Counted from the first letter of the stretch, positions 1-9,668 are shown. The stretch: DNA of 64,000 bases from an uncultured Gammaproteobacteria bacterium (GCA_964392925.1 CAYMRP010000003.1:50786-114785); one strand, 5' to 3'. Numbers and translations: made by a program. The notes: generated by a model from the letters alone, not told the origin.

Positions 1-110
1 GACGTGAGTTCGGGGTTACTCGTGAGAGAATTCGTCAAATTGAGGCAAAAGCGGTTAGAAAATTAAAACATCCTACTAGAGCAAAGAAGTTAAGAGATTA
101 TTTAGAATAA
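1..110 (+). CDS. rpoD: RNA polymerase primary sigma-70 factor, C-terminal region 4 (partial; start lies outside window)
   Basis: Manual translation from nt 3: [35 protein letters not shown], the sigma70 region 4.2 HTH signature. Confidence 0.93.
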   Translation, partial: REFGVTRERIRQIEAKAVRKLKHPTRAKKLRDYLE

Positions 111-641
111 TTAAATTTTACAGCTCCAAGCGCTAAGTCCCTGTTTTCTTTTTATTTCTACTGCGACAACTGAGTTTCTATAAGGATTTAATGAATCTAA
201 TTCATAATTCCAATTTCGTAGTTCGAATTCCGGTGTGTGTTCAGGCATAATTTGCCACCATCCCCGGGCTCCGGTAACAGGATTGACAGCTTTTGGGTTG
301 AATTCACTTTCACACATTATTAATTTGCGGACAGCTTTTTCAGAAATTCCCATCTCAGTTGCGGTCCAAGTAATTATGAGATCATGGTCTTTTGGTTCGC
401 TATAGTTTGTTTCAGGCATTGGGCGAAAAGCCGGATTAAGAGGGAGTGGCTTTTGAGTCCGGGTTAATTCGCGGTGGGTATTAATTGAGTCCGGTACGGT
501 AAAAAGAGGTGAGGGCGTTGGGGTGGAGGGCTGTTCCACTGAGGGTATGGATTGTGCGTTGGCTTCCGGACTATAAAATTGGGCAGCTCCGAGGACGAGG
601 CCTATTAATATGACGGATCTGTATTTTTTGAATCTTTCCAT
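111..641 (-). CDS. Secreted lytic transglycosylase (SLT/lysozyme-like) domain protein
   Basis: N-terminal signal peptide, Pro-rich linker, CESEFNPKAVN..GARGWWQIMP (catalytic E-S and GxxQ motifs), C-terminal AWSC. Confidence 0.75.
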   Translation of the reverse strand: MERFKKYRSVILIGLVLGAAQFYSPEANAQSIPSVEQPSTPTPSPLFTVPDSINTHRELTRTQKPLPLNPAFRPMPETNYSEPKDHDLIITWTATEMGISEKAVRKLIMCESEFNPKAVNPVTGARGWWQIMPEHTPEFELRNWNYELDSLNPYRNSVVAVEIKRKQGLSAWSCKI

Positions 642-703
642 AAAAAAGCACGAAGGGTAATTTTAAACTAATTGATGAGCTTAGCCAAGTCTGGAAATAA
701 ACG

Positions 704-1018
704 CTAAAAGAGGTTTTTTTCGATATAAACCCGGCACATTTTACAGCCGTTGTCTGAGTGAAATACAGCGTGATGGAGGAGGTGGATTCCAGTAGTGTGA
801 ACACTGAATTCCATGGAACGTTTTAACTGCTTATGAGTGATAAAAAAACTTCTGATGCGGCTCCATTTAAAAGGTTTTTTCTTTTTGGCGGGTTTTTGAG
901 AGAAGAGGATTGAGCCTTGGGTATTATTGTTTTTGACCTGGTTTACTTGTTGATCAATGCGGGTCTCGTTGTGGCCGCTGTATTCAAAAGGTGTAGTTTC
1001 AAGATGTTCTTTATCCAT
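704..1018 (-). CDS. Hypothetical protein
   Basis: 104-aa ORF with upstream minus-strand TTGACT-N18-TATTGT promoter-like sequence; C-terminal His-rich segment and CxxC. Confidence 0.5.
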   Translation of the reverse strand: MDKEHLETTPFEYSGHNETRIDQQVNQVKNNNTQGSILFSQKPAKKKKPFKWSRIRSFFITHKQLKRSMEFSVHTTGIHLLHHAVFHSDNGCKMCRVYIEKNLF

Positions 1019-1184
1019 AAAGTATTTGCAGGTTTAGGAGACCTCAGCCTTAACAGTTTTTTAAAAAAAGGACTTTTCTTACAATAGAACAAAGGTGAGC
1101 ATCTAGTCAAGCGCCCAGGCTCGAGGCAATTAAGACTTTACCCAAAAGTCCGGAGATGCTAAAATCTCGCGTACAACTAAATAT

Positions 1185-1256
1185 TCCCCTGTAGCTCAAT
1201 GGTAGAGCAGTTCGCTGTTAACGAAAAGGTTCCTAGTTCGAATCTAGGCGGGGGAG
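1185..1256 (+). tRNA. tRNA-Asn (GTT), CCA not encoded
   Basis: Cloverleaf: acceptor TCCCCTG/CGGGGGA, D arm GCTC..GAGC, anticodon arm TTCG-CT GTT AA-CGAA, T arm CCTAG-TTCGAAT-CTAGG. Confidence 0.97.
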
Positions 1257-1405
1257 CTTACAAAAAGTCCGGTCCTTGTGACCGGCTTTTTTGTGAGTTT
1301 GCGTCGAATGATTCAAACAATAAAGAATCGTCGATGTTTAAATTCGGAAGCAAGTTTGCCTTTTTGCTTAAGCAAAAAGAGTGTGTTATCTAGGCGGGGG
1401 AGCCA
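1242..1405 (+). repeat. 16-bp direct repeat of tRNA-Asn 3' end (att-like) bracketing a 130-bp insert
   Basis: ATCTAGGCGGGGGAGC at 1242-1257 and 1388-1403; second copy continues as CCA. Confidence 0.85.
1258..1296 (+). terminator. Intrinsic terminator after tRNA-Asn
   Basis: TTACAAAAAGTCCGGTC-CTTGT-GACCGGCTTTTTTGTGA long hairpin with U tract. Confidence 0.8.
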
Positions 1406-1452
1406 AATAAAAGCTCTTTATCAAATTACTTTAATTTGATATCATTTTACGC

Positions 1453-1881
1453 ATGGCAACATTAAGTACTTGGATTAACTTCAACGGTAATGCAGAAGAA
1501 GCATTTACTTTTTATAAATCAGTATTCGGTGGAGAGTTTACGAAAGTGGTGCGTTTTAAAGATATTGCCAGTGATGAATTCCCGGTGCCAGAAAAAGAAG
1601 AAGATAAAATAATGTATATTGCCTTACCTATTGGTGAAGGTGCTCTATTGATAGCCAATGATGTTCCTGAGGTTTTAGGGAAAGTGAATGAGCGTGAGAA
1701 TAGAAGCAAGATTTTGGTAAACACGGAAAGTAAAGAAGAGGCGGATAGATTGTTCGCGGGCCTTTCGGCGGGCGGAGAAGTAGAAGGACCGATGGGAGAC
1801 AGTCCTTGGGGCTCATATGCGGGTATGTTTCGAGATAAATACGGCATTGAATGGTTAATAGAATTTTCTTCTGCCAAATAA
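1453..1881 (+). CDS. VOC/PhnB family protein
   Basis: NFNGNAEEAFTFYKSVFGG ... PWGSYAGMFRDKYGIEW motifs. Confidence 0.9.
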   Translation: MATLSTWINFNGNAEEAFTFYKSVFGGEFTKVVRFKDIASDEFPVPEKEEDKIMYIALPIGEGALLIANDVPEVLGKVNERENRSKILVNTESKEEADRLFAGLSAGGEVEGPMGDSPWGSYAGMFRDKYGIEWLIEFSSAK

Positions 1882-1882
1882 A

Positions 1883-2383
1883 ATGAGTAAACTAATTACA
1901 TGCATCTGGTTTGTTAATAACAACGGAGAAGAGGCTGCAAATTACTATATCAACACTTTTACTTCTGCTCCTGGTGAGCACACTGCAAAAATGGGAGACA
2001 TCACAAAAGCACCTAAGGGAGTAGAAGAAGTTGGAGGGATATCCGAAGGATCTGTTCTAACTGCTGAATGCGAACTTGATGGAATAAGCTTTATGTTTCT
2101 GAACGGTGGCCCTAATGAACAATTTAAACTCAATGGTGCAACATCTTTTATTATTGAATGTGAAACACAAGAAGAAATTGATTTCTTCTGGGGGAAACTT
2201 TCAGCGGTTCCTGAGGCAGAACAATGCGGATGGTGCACAGATAAATTTGGTATAACATGGCAGGTAGCTCCAAGAATTTTGGATGAAATGATGAGAGATC
2301 CTGAAAAAGCAGAGGCTGTAACGGCTGCTTTTATGCCAATGAAAAAACTTGATCTTGAAGCAATCCGAAAAGCTGGCGAATAA
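1883..2383 (+). CDS. VOC family protein (3-demethylubiquinone-9 3-methyltransferase-like)
   Basis: ITCIWF..EEAANYY, LNGGP, CETQEEIDFFW, QCGWCTDKFGITWQV. Confidence 0.9.
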   Translation: MSKLITCIWFVNNNGEEAANYYINTFTSAPGEHTAKMGDITKAPKGVEEVGGISEGSVLTAECELDGISFMFLNGGPNEQFKLNGATSFIIECETQEEIDFFWGKLSAVPEAEQCGWCTDKFGITWQVAPRILDEMMRDPEKAEAVTAAFMPMKKLDLEAIRKAGE

Positions 2384-2491
2384 AACTCCCAAGCATAAGC
2401 AGTAATTATAAAGCTGCGTCCAAATAAATTTCTTCTTTAGCAGAGTGAGCTATATCACATAAAATTTCTCAAGACTAGGTATAGTAAAGCT

Positions 2492-2695
2492 ATGCAAACT
2501 AATATATTAGGACAGAGCAAGAGAGTAAATTTTCTTTCTAAGGTGAACAGGGAGTGGCATGTTGAGAATAAAATGCCTAAGAATCCGACTCTTGATCAAA
2601 GAGTGGAGTGGCACTTGGCGCATGCAAAAAATTGTAAATGTCGACCACTGGGCGGGAAAATTCTAGAGGAAATACAGAAAAGAAAATTAATATGA
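2492..2695 (+). CDS. Small conserved-looking hypothetical protein (start uncertain)
   Basis: NREWHVENKMPKNPTLDQRVEWHLAHAKNCKCRP; stop overlaps next start (ATGA). Confidence 0.6.
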   Translation: MQTNILGQSKRVNFLSKVNREWHVENKMPKNPTLDQRVEWHLAHAKNCKCRPLGGKILEEIQKRKLI

Positions 2696-3054
2696 GCAAA
2701 AAGTTTTTGAAAGATGGATTTGGTTGGGGATTTATCCTTTGGTTTATTGGTTACATGCTGGGAATATTACTGTTTGCTGTGGTGCCTGTTGGGCTGTTGG
2801 GGTGGGTGATTATGCCTTTTGGAATATTAATAACTCTTTGGGTATTACTCAAAAAAGTGAAGGGGGATTCATTTCGGTACTATATTTTGATTGCAACTGT
2901 CTGGACTGTTATTGCCATAGTCTGTGATTATCTTTTCCTTGTCAAAGTATTTAAACCAGCCGATGGATATTATAAACCTGATGTGTACCTATATTACGCC
3001 TTAATGTTTGCACTACCTATTCTTATAGGCTGGAAAAAAGATACTCTCAAGTGA
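2692..3054 (+). CDS. Hypothetical membrane protein (4 TM)
   Basis: Hydrophobic segments; ATGA coupling at 2692 supports this start rather than 2638. Confidence 0.7.
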   Translation: MSKKFLKDGFGWGFILWFIGYMLGILLFAVVPVGLLGWVIMPFGILITLWVLLKKVKGDSFRYYILIATVWTVIAIVCDYLFLVKVFKPADGYYKPDVYLYYALMFALPILIGWKKDTLK

Positions 3055-3059
3055 TTAAA

Positions 3060-3539
3060 CTACTTCTTTCGGGGGAGATTGACTTTATTTTCTGGTACCG
3101 AGTTTAGTGAAAAAGTTATCTCTAGTTTTAATGCTTGAAGTGATATTACGATATCCCAAAAGAATAGCAAATTGGCCCCCATGATAAAAATGCAGCTTAA
3201 GAAAAGTAGACCCATTAAAATGGAGTCTGATTTAAACTGGAGCATCGCAGCCAGGATAGCAATTAGTACAATTAAGCTGCTAAACACTGTGCTGGCAATT
3301 ACCATGGCGATGCTTAGTCTGAGGATTCCACATCGTTTAAGGAGAATTTTTACCTGGCTTTTTAAATTAGCTCGCCGTTTTGGGTCATTAGTATGCGCGA
3401 GTTCATTTATGACGAAGCGTGTTCTGGTCATTGAACTGCTGTATCGAGTATTCAGACTCAAAAGTATTAATCCGACACCGCTGATAAGGACAATTGGGGC
3501 AACTGCATGCTGTAATACTTGATCAAAGTTAATATTCAT
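3060..3539 (-). CDS. DUF2721-like membrane protein
   Basis: LQHAVAPIVLISGVGLILLSLNTRY pattern followed by 2 further TM helices; start set at MNINF. Confidence 0.75.
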   Translation of the reverse strand: MNINFDQVLQHAVAPIVLISGVGLILLSLNTRYSSSMTRTRFVINELAHTNDPKRRANLKSQVKILLKRCGILRLSIAMVIASTVFSSLIVLIAILAAMLQFKSDSILMGLLFLSCIFIMGANLLFFWDIVISLQALKLEITFSLNSVPENKVNLPRKK

Positions 3540-3661
3540 CTCGAGAATTGTAGCAAAGAATTTTAGAATCAGAGTGATTGGTGTCACATCTTTTTTGCTT
3601 TTAACGCTCTACTTTGCAAATAATAATTAATAAATAACCAACAAAGGAGTAAACTATATTA

Positions 3662-3970
3662 ATGGATTATGTAACTATGTTGCGGGAATATCGAATTGGG
3701 CCATTTACGATTTTTGATACAGTTCTGGCATATCTGGGAATTTTAATTATTTCGCCTTTGCTGATAAAACTTTTTTCACTCGTCCGTTTAAAGATTACGT
3801 TAGCTTCGTGGCTTTGGCTGACAATGCCTTTATCAGTAATTTTTCATTTAGTTTTTAGTCAGGATACTCCTTTAATCAAAGTGCTATTGAATTCAAATAA
3901 TTCCTATATAGCATTGGCGGTGCTTTTATTTATGACTTTTATGGGTTTAAAAGATATTAGAAGAATTTGA
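3662..3970 (+). CDS. Hypothetical membrane protein
   Basis: LREYRIGPFTIFD N-terminus and 3 hydrophobic segments. Confidence 0.65.
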   Translation: MDYVTMLREYRIGPFTIFDTVLAYLGILIISPLLIKLFSLVRLKITLASWLWLTMPLSVIFHLVFSQDTPLIKVLLNSNNSYIALAVLLFMTFMGLKDIRRI

Positions 3971-3980
3971 GGGAATTATT

Positions 3981-4304
3981 ATGAAAGTATTGCCGGTTAG
4001 TGCTGATGAAGTTAAAAAAGTTATAGAGGCTGGGGATGATATTTTACTAATAGATGTGCGGACTCCGGAAGAATATTCGAGAGGGAAAATTGAGAAGAGT
4101 ATTAATATTCCACTGGATGAGATAGTCGATACTGCTTTGGATAAATTGCCCGATAAATCAAAGAATGTTTATGTTTATTGTTTAAGCGGGTCAAGAAGTA
4201 TGATGGCTGCAGAAGAGTTAGTTAATCTAGGGTATGAGCATGTTTATAATATAGAGAGCGGTCTTCTAGCATGGAGAGCAATTGGGGGTTTGATGGTGGA
4301 ATGA
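3981..4304 (+). CDS. Rhodanese-like domain protein
   Basis: LIDVRTPEEY, SINIPL, YCLSGSRS active-site loop, GGL-like ending. Confidence 0.9.
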   Translation: MKVLPVSADEVKKVIEAGDDILLIDVRTPEEYSRGKIEKSINIPLDEIVDTALDKLPDKSKNVYVYCLSGSRSMMAAEELVNLGYEHVYNIESGLLAWRAIGGLMVE

Positions 4305-4666
4305 GTACTTTAAAAGATGTAGATAGTTATATTGAGGGAGCTCCTGAGGAAATACAAAGTAAACTTCGGGAGATTAGAGAAACGATAAAAAAGTCTGTGC
4401 CTAAGGCCGAGGAGAAGATAAGTTATGCGATGCCTTATTATGGATACAAAGGTCGGCTTATATATTTTGCTTACTGGAAAAAACATATTGCGATTTATGC
4501 GATGAGTTCTGAGGTTATTAAAAGATATGAAAAAGAACTTAAACCTTTCTTGGCTGAGAAGGGGACAATAAAAATTCCGCTGGACGAAGTGGTGCCGGCT
4601 TCTTTAATAGAGAAAATAGTGAAAGCACAGGCGCAAATGAATGAGAGTTCAGCTAAAAAGAACTAG
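4301..4666 (+). CDS. DUF1801 (YdhG-like) protein
   Basis: VDSYI..LREIRETIKKSVPKAEEKISYAMPYY; ATGA coupling at 4301. Confidence 0.85.
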   Translation: MSTLKDVDSYIEGAPEEIQSKLREIRETIKKSVPKAEEKISYAMPYYGYKGRLIYFAYWKKHIAIYAMSSEVIKRYEKELKPFLAEKGTIKIPLDEVVPASLIEKIVKAQAQMNESSAKKN

Positions 4667-4687
4667 TATTAAGGAGTAAGCAGAGAA

Positions 4688-5218
4688 TTATTCTTCAGAT
4701 TCAGCAGGAACAGATTTTGGTTTTCTAGGAGCTCGTGGTTTTTTTTCAGCTTTTGGAGCTGATTCTTCAGAGGGCATAGATGATACTGGGGCGTTGTTGT
4801 GTTCAGGTTTAGGAGTTAATAACGTAATAATGCGATCGAGTTTGGCGTTTAGGGAAGCGAATTGATCATTATTTTGCTGAGGGCGTTCTGATTGTCGCTC
4901 TTCATATCGGGGATGATCGTTGTATTGAGGGCGATCATTGTATTGTGGACGTTCAAAATTGCGGTTTGAATCAAAATTTGGTCTTCTTTGGGCATAATCG
5001 CGGTCATTGGATCTTCTTTGTTCGCCGCCGTTTTTTTCAAAGCAATCACTACAAAAAACTGGTTTTGCACCTGTTGGTTTAAAAGGGACTTCACATTCTT
5101 TACCACAGTTACTGCAGGTTGTTCTGTGCATTTCGCGGTCTCTGGTGCTTCTATCAAAGCGGCCTGAGCCTCCGTTTGGTCGGCTATCTCTATTAAAGCT
5201 GCGGTTGAAATTCCCCAT
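4688..5218 (-). CDS. CxxC-x17-CxxC zinc-ribbon domain protein
   Basis: MHRTTCSNCGKECEVPFKPTGAKPVFCSDCF; low-complexity R/G/N flanks with RPQYND repeats. Confidence 0.88.
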   Translation of the reverse strand: MGNFNRSFNRDSRPNGGSGRFDRSTRDREMHRTTCSNCGKECEVPFKPTGAKPVFCSDCFEKNGGEQRRSNDRDYAQRRPNFDSNRNFERPQYNDRPQYNDHPRYEERQSERPQQNNDQFASLNAKLDRIITLLTPKPEHNNAPVSSMPSEESAPKAEKKPRAPRKPKSVPAESEE

Positions 5219-5307
5219 AGTGTAGGATTATAGCACAGGGTGAGAAAGATTGCATGGCAGAAGTAAATCCGGAAGCAAAGCTTCGAACCTTCGGTTATAA
5301 TACCCGA

Positions 5308-6768
5308 ATGCTTTCTGTTCGTAATTTATATTTCTCTCATAACACCCATATCATTTTTGAGGATGCAGAGTTTTCTGTGTCTGATGGACAAAAGGTGGGA
5401 CTTATCGGACCAAATGGTGCCGGGAAAAGTACGCTGTTTAAAATTATCAGCGGTGAGGAAAAAGGATATAAAGGAAAAATTGAAACAACCGGCAGCATTG
5501 GGGTGGTGCCTCAGGAAGTTAAGCATGATCCGGTTATGGAGGCTGCAGTATCAATACGGGATTATCTAAATCCGGAGAATGATAAACAAGAATATCAGCT
5601 ATTAAAAATGATGGCAGGGGTCGAACTGGCAGAGCTTGATTTGGAAGCATCACCAAGAGCCTTAAGCGGAGGGCAGAAAACCCGTTTGGCATTAGTGAGG
5701 GCGCTTTTAGCAGAACCGGATATTTTGCTTCTTGATGAACCGACAAACTTTTTGGATATTGCCGGAAAAAAATGGGTGATGGGATTTCTAAGTAATTATC
5801 CGAAGACTTTAATTTTAATTTCGCATGATCTGGAGCTTTTGGACAAGCATATAGATAAGATACTTATGGTTAACGGGCATCTAAAAAAAGTTGAGGAGTT
5901 TAAAGGGAATTATACTCAGGCTTTAGCGCTAAGAGAAGAGCAGCATAATTTGCTGAAGAAACAAGTTCATGTTGAAAAGCAAACTATTAACAGGCTGGAG
6001 AAAAGTATAAATGTGGTTGGTGTTAGACAACGAATTCAGCTGCAAAAAAGAGTAGCCCGAATGAAAGAAGGCCTACCGGACTTACCAGCTGAAGTTAGAG
6101 CCATTAAATTTAAATTACCAGATCCAGCGGTGGTGGGGGCATTACCGATAAAAGCTGCCAATATTTCGAAATCGTATGGGGATAAAAAAGTTTTAGAAAA
6201 TATTAATCTGGTTATTGAGCGAGGCGAGAAAGTGGCTTTGATCGGGCAAAACGGAGTTGGCAAAAGCACATTAATAAAAATCCTCCTAGGGTTTTTGGAG
6301 GCAGATAGCGGAGAAGTTATACGCGATCCAGAACTCAAAGTGGGCTATTATTCTCAAGAATTTGAGAATCTGGATTTTAAGAAAACATTACTTGAAACGG
6401 CGCGGGGAGAGTTAAATTTAGCTGATAATATTGTCAGACCAATATTGGCCAGATTTCTATTTCCAGGAAGTAAAATTAATCAGGAAGTGGGAACATTATC
6501 TGGGGGTGAAAAGACTAGGTTATCAATTGCACTGCTTTTGCTGCAAAATTATAATTTACTTGTTTTAGACGAGCCGACAACATATTTGGATGTGTTATCA
6601 CAAAGAATTATTCTGCAGGTTTTAAAAGATTATCAGGGAGCAATATTAATTGTTTCGCACACAGAAGAATTTATTAAAGAGTTGGAGCCAAGAAGAGCTT
6701 TAGTTTTACCTGAGAATCATTTTGATTATTGGTCGGAGGATTTTTTGGAGCGGGTGTCTGAAGTGTAA
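5308..6768 (+). CDS. ABC-F family ATP-binding protein
   Basis: Two ABC domains (GPNGAGKST/LSGGQ/DEPTN; GQNGVGKST/LSGGE/DEPTT), no TM; TATAAT 6 nt before ATG 5308. Confidence 0.92.
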   Translation: MLSVRNLYFSHNTHIIFEDAEFSVSDGQKVGLIGPNGAGKSTLFKIISGEEKGYKGKIETTGSIGVVPQEVKHDPVMEAAVSIRDYLNPENDKQEYQLLKMMAGVELAELDLEASPRALSGGQKTRLALVRALLAEPDILLLDEPTNFLDIAGKKWVMGFLSNYPKTLILISHDLELLDKHIDKILMVNGHLKKVEEFKGNYTQALALREEQHNLLKKQVHVEKQTINRLEKSINVVGVRQRIQLQKRVARMKEGLPDLPAEVRAIKFKLPDPAVVGALPIKAANISKSYGDKKVLENINLVIERGEKVALIGQNGVGKSTLIKILLGFLEADSGEVIRDPELKVGYYSQEFENLDFKKTLLETARGELNLADNIVRPILARFLFPGSKINQEVGTLSGGEKTRLSIALLLLQNYNLLVLDEPTTYLDVLSQRIILQVLKDYQGAILIVSHTEEFIKELEPRRALVLPENHFDYWSEDFLERVSEV

Positions 6769-6804
6769 TTAAGTGTTGACTTAATTAAGTGACTGATTTA
6801 TATT
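6766..6804 (+). promoter_or_regulatory. Sigma70 promoter overlapped by inverted-repeat operator (probable ArsR autoregulatory site)
   Basis: TAATTAAGT-GTTG-ACTTAATTA (6766-6787) overlapping TTGACT (6776-6781)-N17-TATATT (6799-6804). Confidence 0.75.
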
Positions 6805-6810
6805 AGGGTT

Positions 6811-7119
6811 GTGGATATATTTCAAGCATTAGGTGATAAAAGCAGGCGGGGGATTATTGAACTTTTAGCAAAAAAAGGGCAATTAAGTTCAAGCGATATT
6901 TCAAATAACTTTCAAATTAGTGCTCCGGCAATTTCTCAACATCTAAAAGTACTGCGTGAAGCTAGACTGGTTAGTATGGAGAAGAAGGCTCAGCAAAGAA
7001 TATATAAGATTAATCCTGATGCCGTGGATGAGATACAAAAGTGGCTAAAAAAGTTGACGGAAGTTTGGGAGGTTCGATTTTCAGCACTAGACGAGATACT
7101 AAAAGAACAGAAGAAATGA
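6811..7119 (+). CDS. ArsR/SmtB family transcriptional regulator
   Basis: FQALGDKSRRGIIELL, ISAPAISQHLKVLREARLV wHTH; GTG start. Confidence 0.92.
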   Translation: MDIFQALGDKSRRGIIELLAKKGQLSSSDISNNFQISAPAISQHLKVLREARLVSMEKKAQQRIYKINPDAVDEIQKWLKKLTEVWEVRFSALDEILKEQKK

Positions 7120-7214
7120 TAACTTGTTAGAATTTTTCATTGGAGAGTTAATGCAAGCGATCTCTCCGCAAGGATCGTAAAATACTGAAGCGGGTCGATA
7201 GGAGGTGAATAATA

Positions 7215-7721
7215 ATGGATGATAATGCTTTAATAATAGAAAGAGTTTTTGATGCACCTAAACAAATGGTTTGGGATGCATTTACTAAGCCTGAGATAAT
7301 GCAAAAATGGTGGGGTCCAGGAGGATGGAGTTCTCCGGATTTTTACATGGATTTTCGGGAAGGCGGTAAGTATCACGCGTCTATGGAAGGTCCGATGCCT
7401 GATGGAAATGTGATAAAAGTTTGGAGCGGAGGAGAATATATAAAAATAATTCCTCTTGAGAAAATTGTAGTAACTGATTTTTTCTCAAATGAGGATGGAG
7501 ATAAAATCAGACCTGATAAAGCAGGGATGGATCCTAATTTTCCTGATGAGATGGAAGTAACTTTCACTTTTGAGGAGATAGAGAGTGGTAAGACGAAACT
7601 GATAATCAGATATCCAAAACCTGAATCAAAGGCGGCTGTGGAAGCAATGATTGCAAGCAGAATGGATGAAGGATGGAGTTCATCTTTGGACAAGTTGGCC
7701 AAAATGGTCGAGAAAGAGTAA
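7215..7721 (+). CDS. SRPBCC/AHSA1 domain protein
   Basis: IERVFDAPKQMVWDAFTKPE..KWWGP, GWSSSLDKL; GGAGGTG SD upstream. Confidence 0.9.
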   Translation: MDDNALIIERVFDAPKQMVWDAFTKPEIMQKWWGPGGWSSPDFYMDFREGGKYHASMEGPMPDGNVIKVWSGGEYIKIIPLEKIVVTDFFSNEDGDKIRPDKAGMDPNFPDEMEVTFTFEEIESGKTKLIIRYPKPESKAAVEAMIASRMDEGWSSSLDKLAKMVEKE

Positions 7722-7768
7722 TTAAAAGCCGGAATTTAAAACTCCGGCTCTTAATTAAGAGAAATAAT

Positions 7769-8128
7769 ATGAAACTAGAGAAACATGAAGTAGAAAAATA
7801 TTTTGATGATGCGCCGGAGTCTCATAAGAAGGCACTGAGACTGATGAGACAAATAATCAAGAAAGCAATTCCTGAGGCTGAAGAATACATTAGTTATCAG
7901 GTTCCGGTATATTCTTTAAGAGGAAAACGGATTATTAGTTTAGGGTACGGGAAAGATTATTTGAGTTTATACTTAATGAGTTTTAAATTAGCTAAAGATT
8001 TTGCGGAAAAATTAGGTATTAAAGAAAATGGGACGACATTGCATTTTGAAATTAGTAAGGATTTACCGGAAGAGGTTATAATTGAAATTGTTAGAACAAG
8101 GATAAAAGAGGTCGGGAATAGGAATTAA
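7769..8128 (+). CDS. DUF1801 (YdhG-like) protein
   Basis: VEKYF..LRLMRQIIKKAIPEAEEYISYQVPVY. Confidence 0.8.
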   Translation: MKLEKHEVEKYFDDAPESHKKALRLMRQIIKKAIPEAEEYISYQVPVYSLRGKRIISLGYGKDYLSLYLMSFKLAKDFAEKLGIKENGTTLHFEISKDLPEEVIIEIVRTRIKEVGNRN

Positions 8129-8169
8129 TTTATTCTTCTGTAAAGAATTTTCAATTAGTCGGGAGAGTT

Positions 8170-9606
8170 ATGACAAAGACAATCAATACAAATAAACAGA
8201 TTATTCTATGGCTTTTGGCGTTAACCATGTTTTTGGTGGTTTTAGACAGCGCAATTATTAATGTAGCTTTGCCTAAAATTAAAGAAGCTTTAGGGTTTGA
8301 TGATGCTTCGCTTCAATGGGTATTAACTTCATATATTTTAACTTTTGGGGGATTTTTAATGCTGGGCGGGAGAACTGCAGATTTGTATGGAAGACGAAAA
8401 GTTTTAGTTTTTGGGATTGCTGGTTTTACTCTGTCGTCACTTTTAATAGGCCTCTCTGGGTCGGCGGAGATGCTGATTGGTTTAAGAGCATTTCAAGGAC
8501 TCGCGGCAGCATTTATGGCTCCAACTGCTTTATCTATTTTATTGACTACATTTGAAGAAGGAGACAGTAGAAACAAAGCACTAAGTATTTGGAGTTTAGT
8601 AGCATCAGGCGGAGCTGCAGCTGGGGTTTTTTTGGGAGGTTTATTAACTCAGTATCTGGGATGGCAGTGGTGTTTTTTCGTCAATGTGCCGGTAGGGATC
8701 TTAGCAATAATTGGAATCCAAAAATATGTTCCAGCGCATGCGTCAGAGGAGAAAGATAAACAATTAGATTTGCCGGGAGCTGTTTTAATAACAGGAGGAC
8801 TAATGGCGCTGGTTTATGCTTTAACTTTGGCTTCTGAATCGGGGTGGACTAATACTGTGACTTTGGGGTCCTTAACAGTTAGTTTTTTGATGATCGCGGC
8901 TTTTATTTTTAATGAAAGTAAAGTTAGTCATCCGCTGGTGCCATTATCGATTTTTAAAATCAGAAATGTAACGGGTGGTAATTTAATGATGATGCCGATT
9001 GTGGCAGGAGCGTTAGGAATGTTTTTCTTTTGTTCTTTGTATGTGCAGAATATTCTAAAATTTTCTCCAGTTCAAAGCGGATTAAGCTTTTTACCGGTCC
9101 CGATAATTATAGGAAACATTGCTTTCCAAGCGCCAAAACTTTTGAGGAGGTTCGGGTTTAAGATTTTAGTTATGACTGGTGTTTCACTGGCATCAATTGG
9201 GATTTTTTTGATGAGTCTTTTAAACGTTGATTCTTCTTATTTATTCCATATGCTGCCGGCATTTATTGTGCTGGCTTGCGGATTTGGATTATCTTTTGTA
9301 GCGATTACTGTGGCTGCAACTTCTGGGGTACCTAAGCATGAAGCTGGATTGGCTGCGGGGCTTATAAATACTTCTCAGCAAATTGGAGGAGCATTAGGAC
9401 TGGCTATTCTAGCGGTAGTTGCGCATTCTGCGACTGTAGCTGCTTTATCTTCAGGGGTTGTAGGGGATATGGCAATTATGGCCGGTTATAAAAGAGCATT
9501 TTTGACGGCTTCCGGGTTGATGATACTGGCTTTATTTATTGCGGTGTTTGTAATAAAAACTCCTAGAACTAGGGGTGAAAGCGGTGCTCCACTCGTAAAT
9601 CATTAG
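8170..9606 (+). CDS. MFS drug efflux transporter, DHA2 (14-TM) family
   Basis: LDSAIINVALP, GGRTADLYGRRK, WQWCFFVNVPVG. Confidence 0.92.
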   Translation: MTKTINTNKQIILWLLALTMFLVVLDSAIINVALPKIKEALGFDDASLQWVLTSYILTFGGFLMLGGRTADLYGRRKVLVFGIAGFTLSSLLIGLSGSAEMLIGLRAFQGLAAAFMAPTALSILLTTFEEGDSRNKALSIWSLVASGGAAAGVFLGGLLTQYLGWQWCFFVNVPVGILAIIGIQKYVPAHASEEKDKQLDLPGAVLITGGLMALVYALTLASESGWTNTVTLGSLTVSFLMIAAFIFNESKVSHPLVPLSIFKIRNVTGGNLMMMPIVAGALGMFFFCSLYVQNILKFSPVQSGLSFLPVPIIIGNIAFQAPKLLRRFGFKILVMTGVSLASIGIFLMSLLNVDSSYLFHMLPAFIVLACGFGLSFVAITVAATSGVPKHEAGLAAGLINTSQQIGGALGLAILAVVAHSATVAALSSGVVGDMAIMAGYKRAFLTASGLMILALFIAVFVIKTPRTRGESGAPLVNH

Positions 9607-9668
9607 TATTGGAGAAGTGGTATATTGCAGAGTTTGGTAAGAGTTACTATGATTATTGAAGTCTGCAA

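Noticed and set aside
1098-1160. AGCATCT/AGATGCT inverted repeat with inner hairpin upstream of tRNA-Asn
   Set aside because: Short arms overlapping divergent promoter elements; compatible with chance.
1199-1393. 64-aa ORF MVEQFAVNEK...
   Set aside because: Overlaps tRNA-Asn and its terminator; a typical tRNA shadow ORF.
4915-4950. 18-bp tandem duplication encoding RPQYND
   Set aside because: Ordinary low-complexity expansion in a disordered region.
7120-7214. Possible riboswitch between arsR and SRPBCC (TCC-GCAA-GGA hairpin; weak similarity to 8136-8172)
   Set aside because: Only one small GNRA hairpin and a short AT-rich similarity; no known aptamer consensus.
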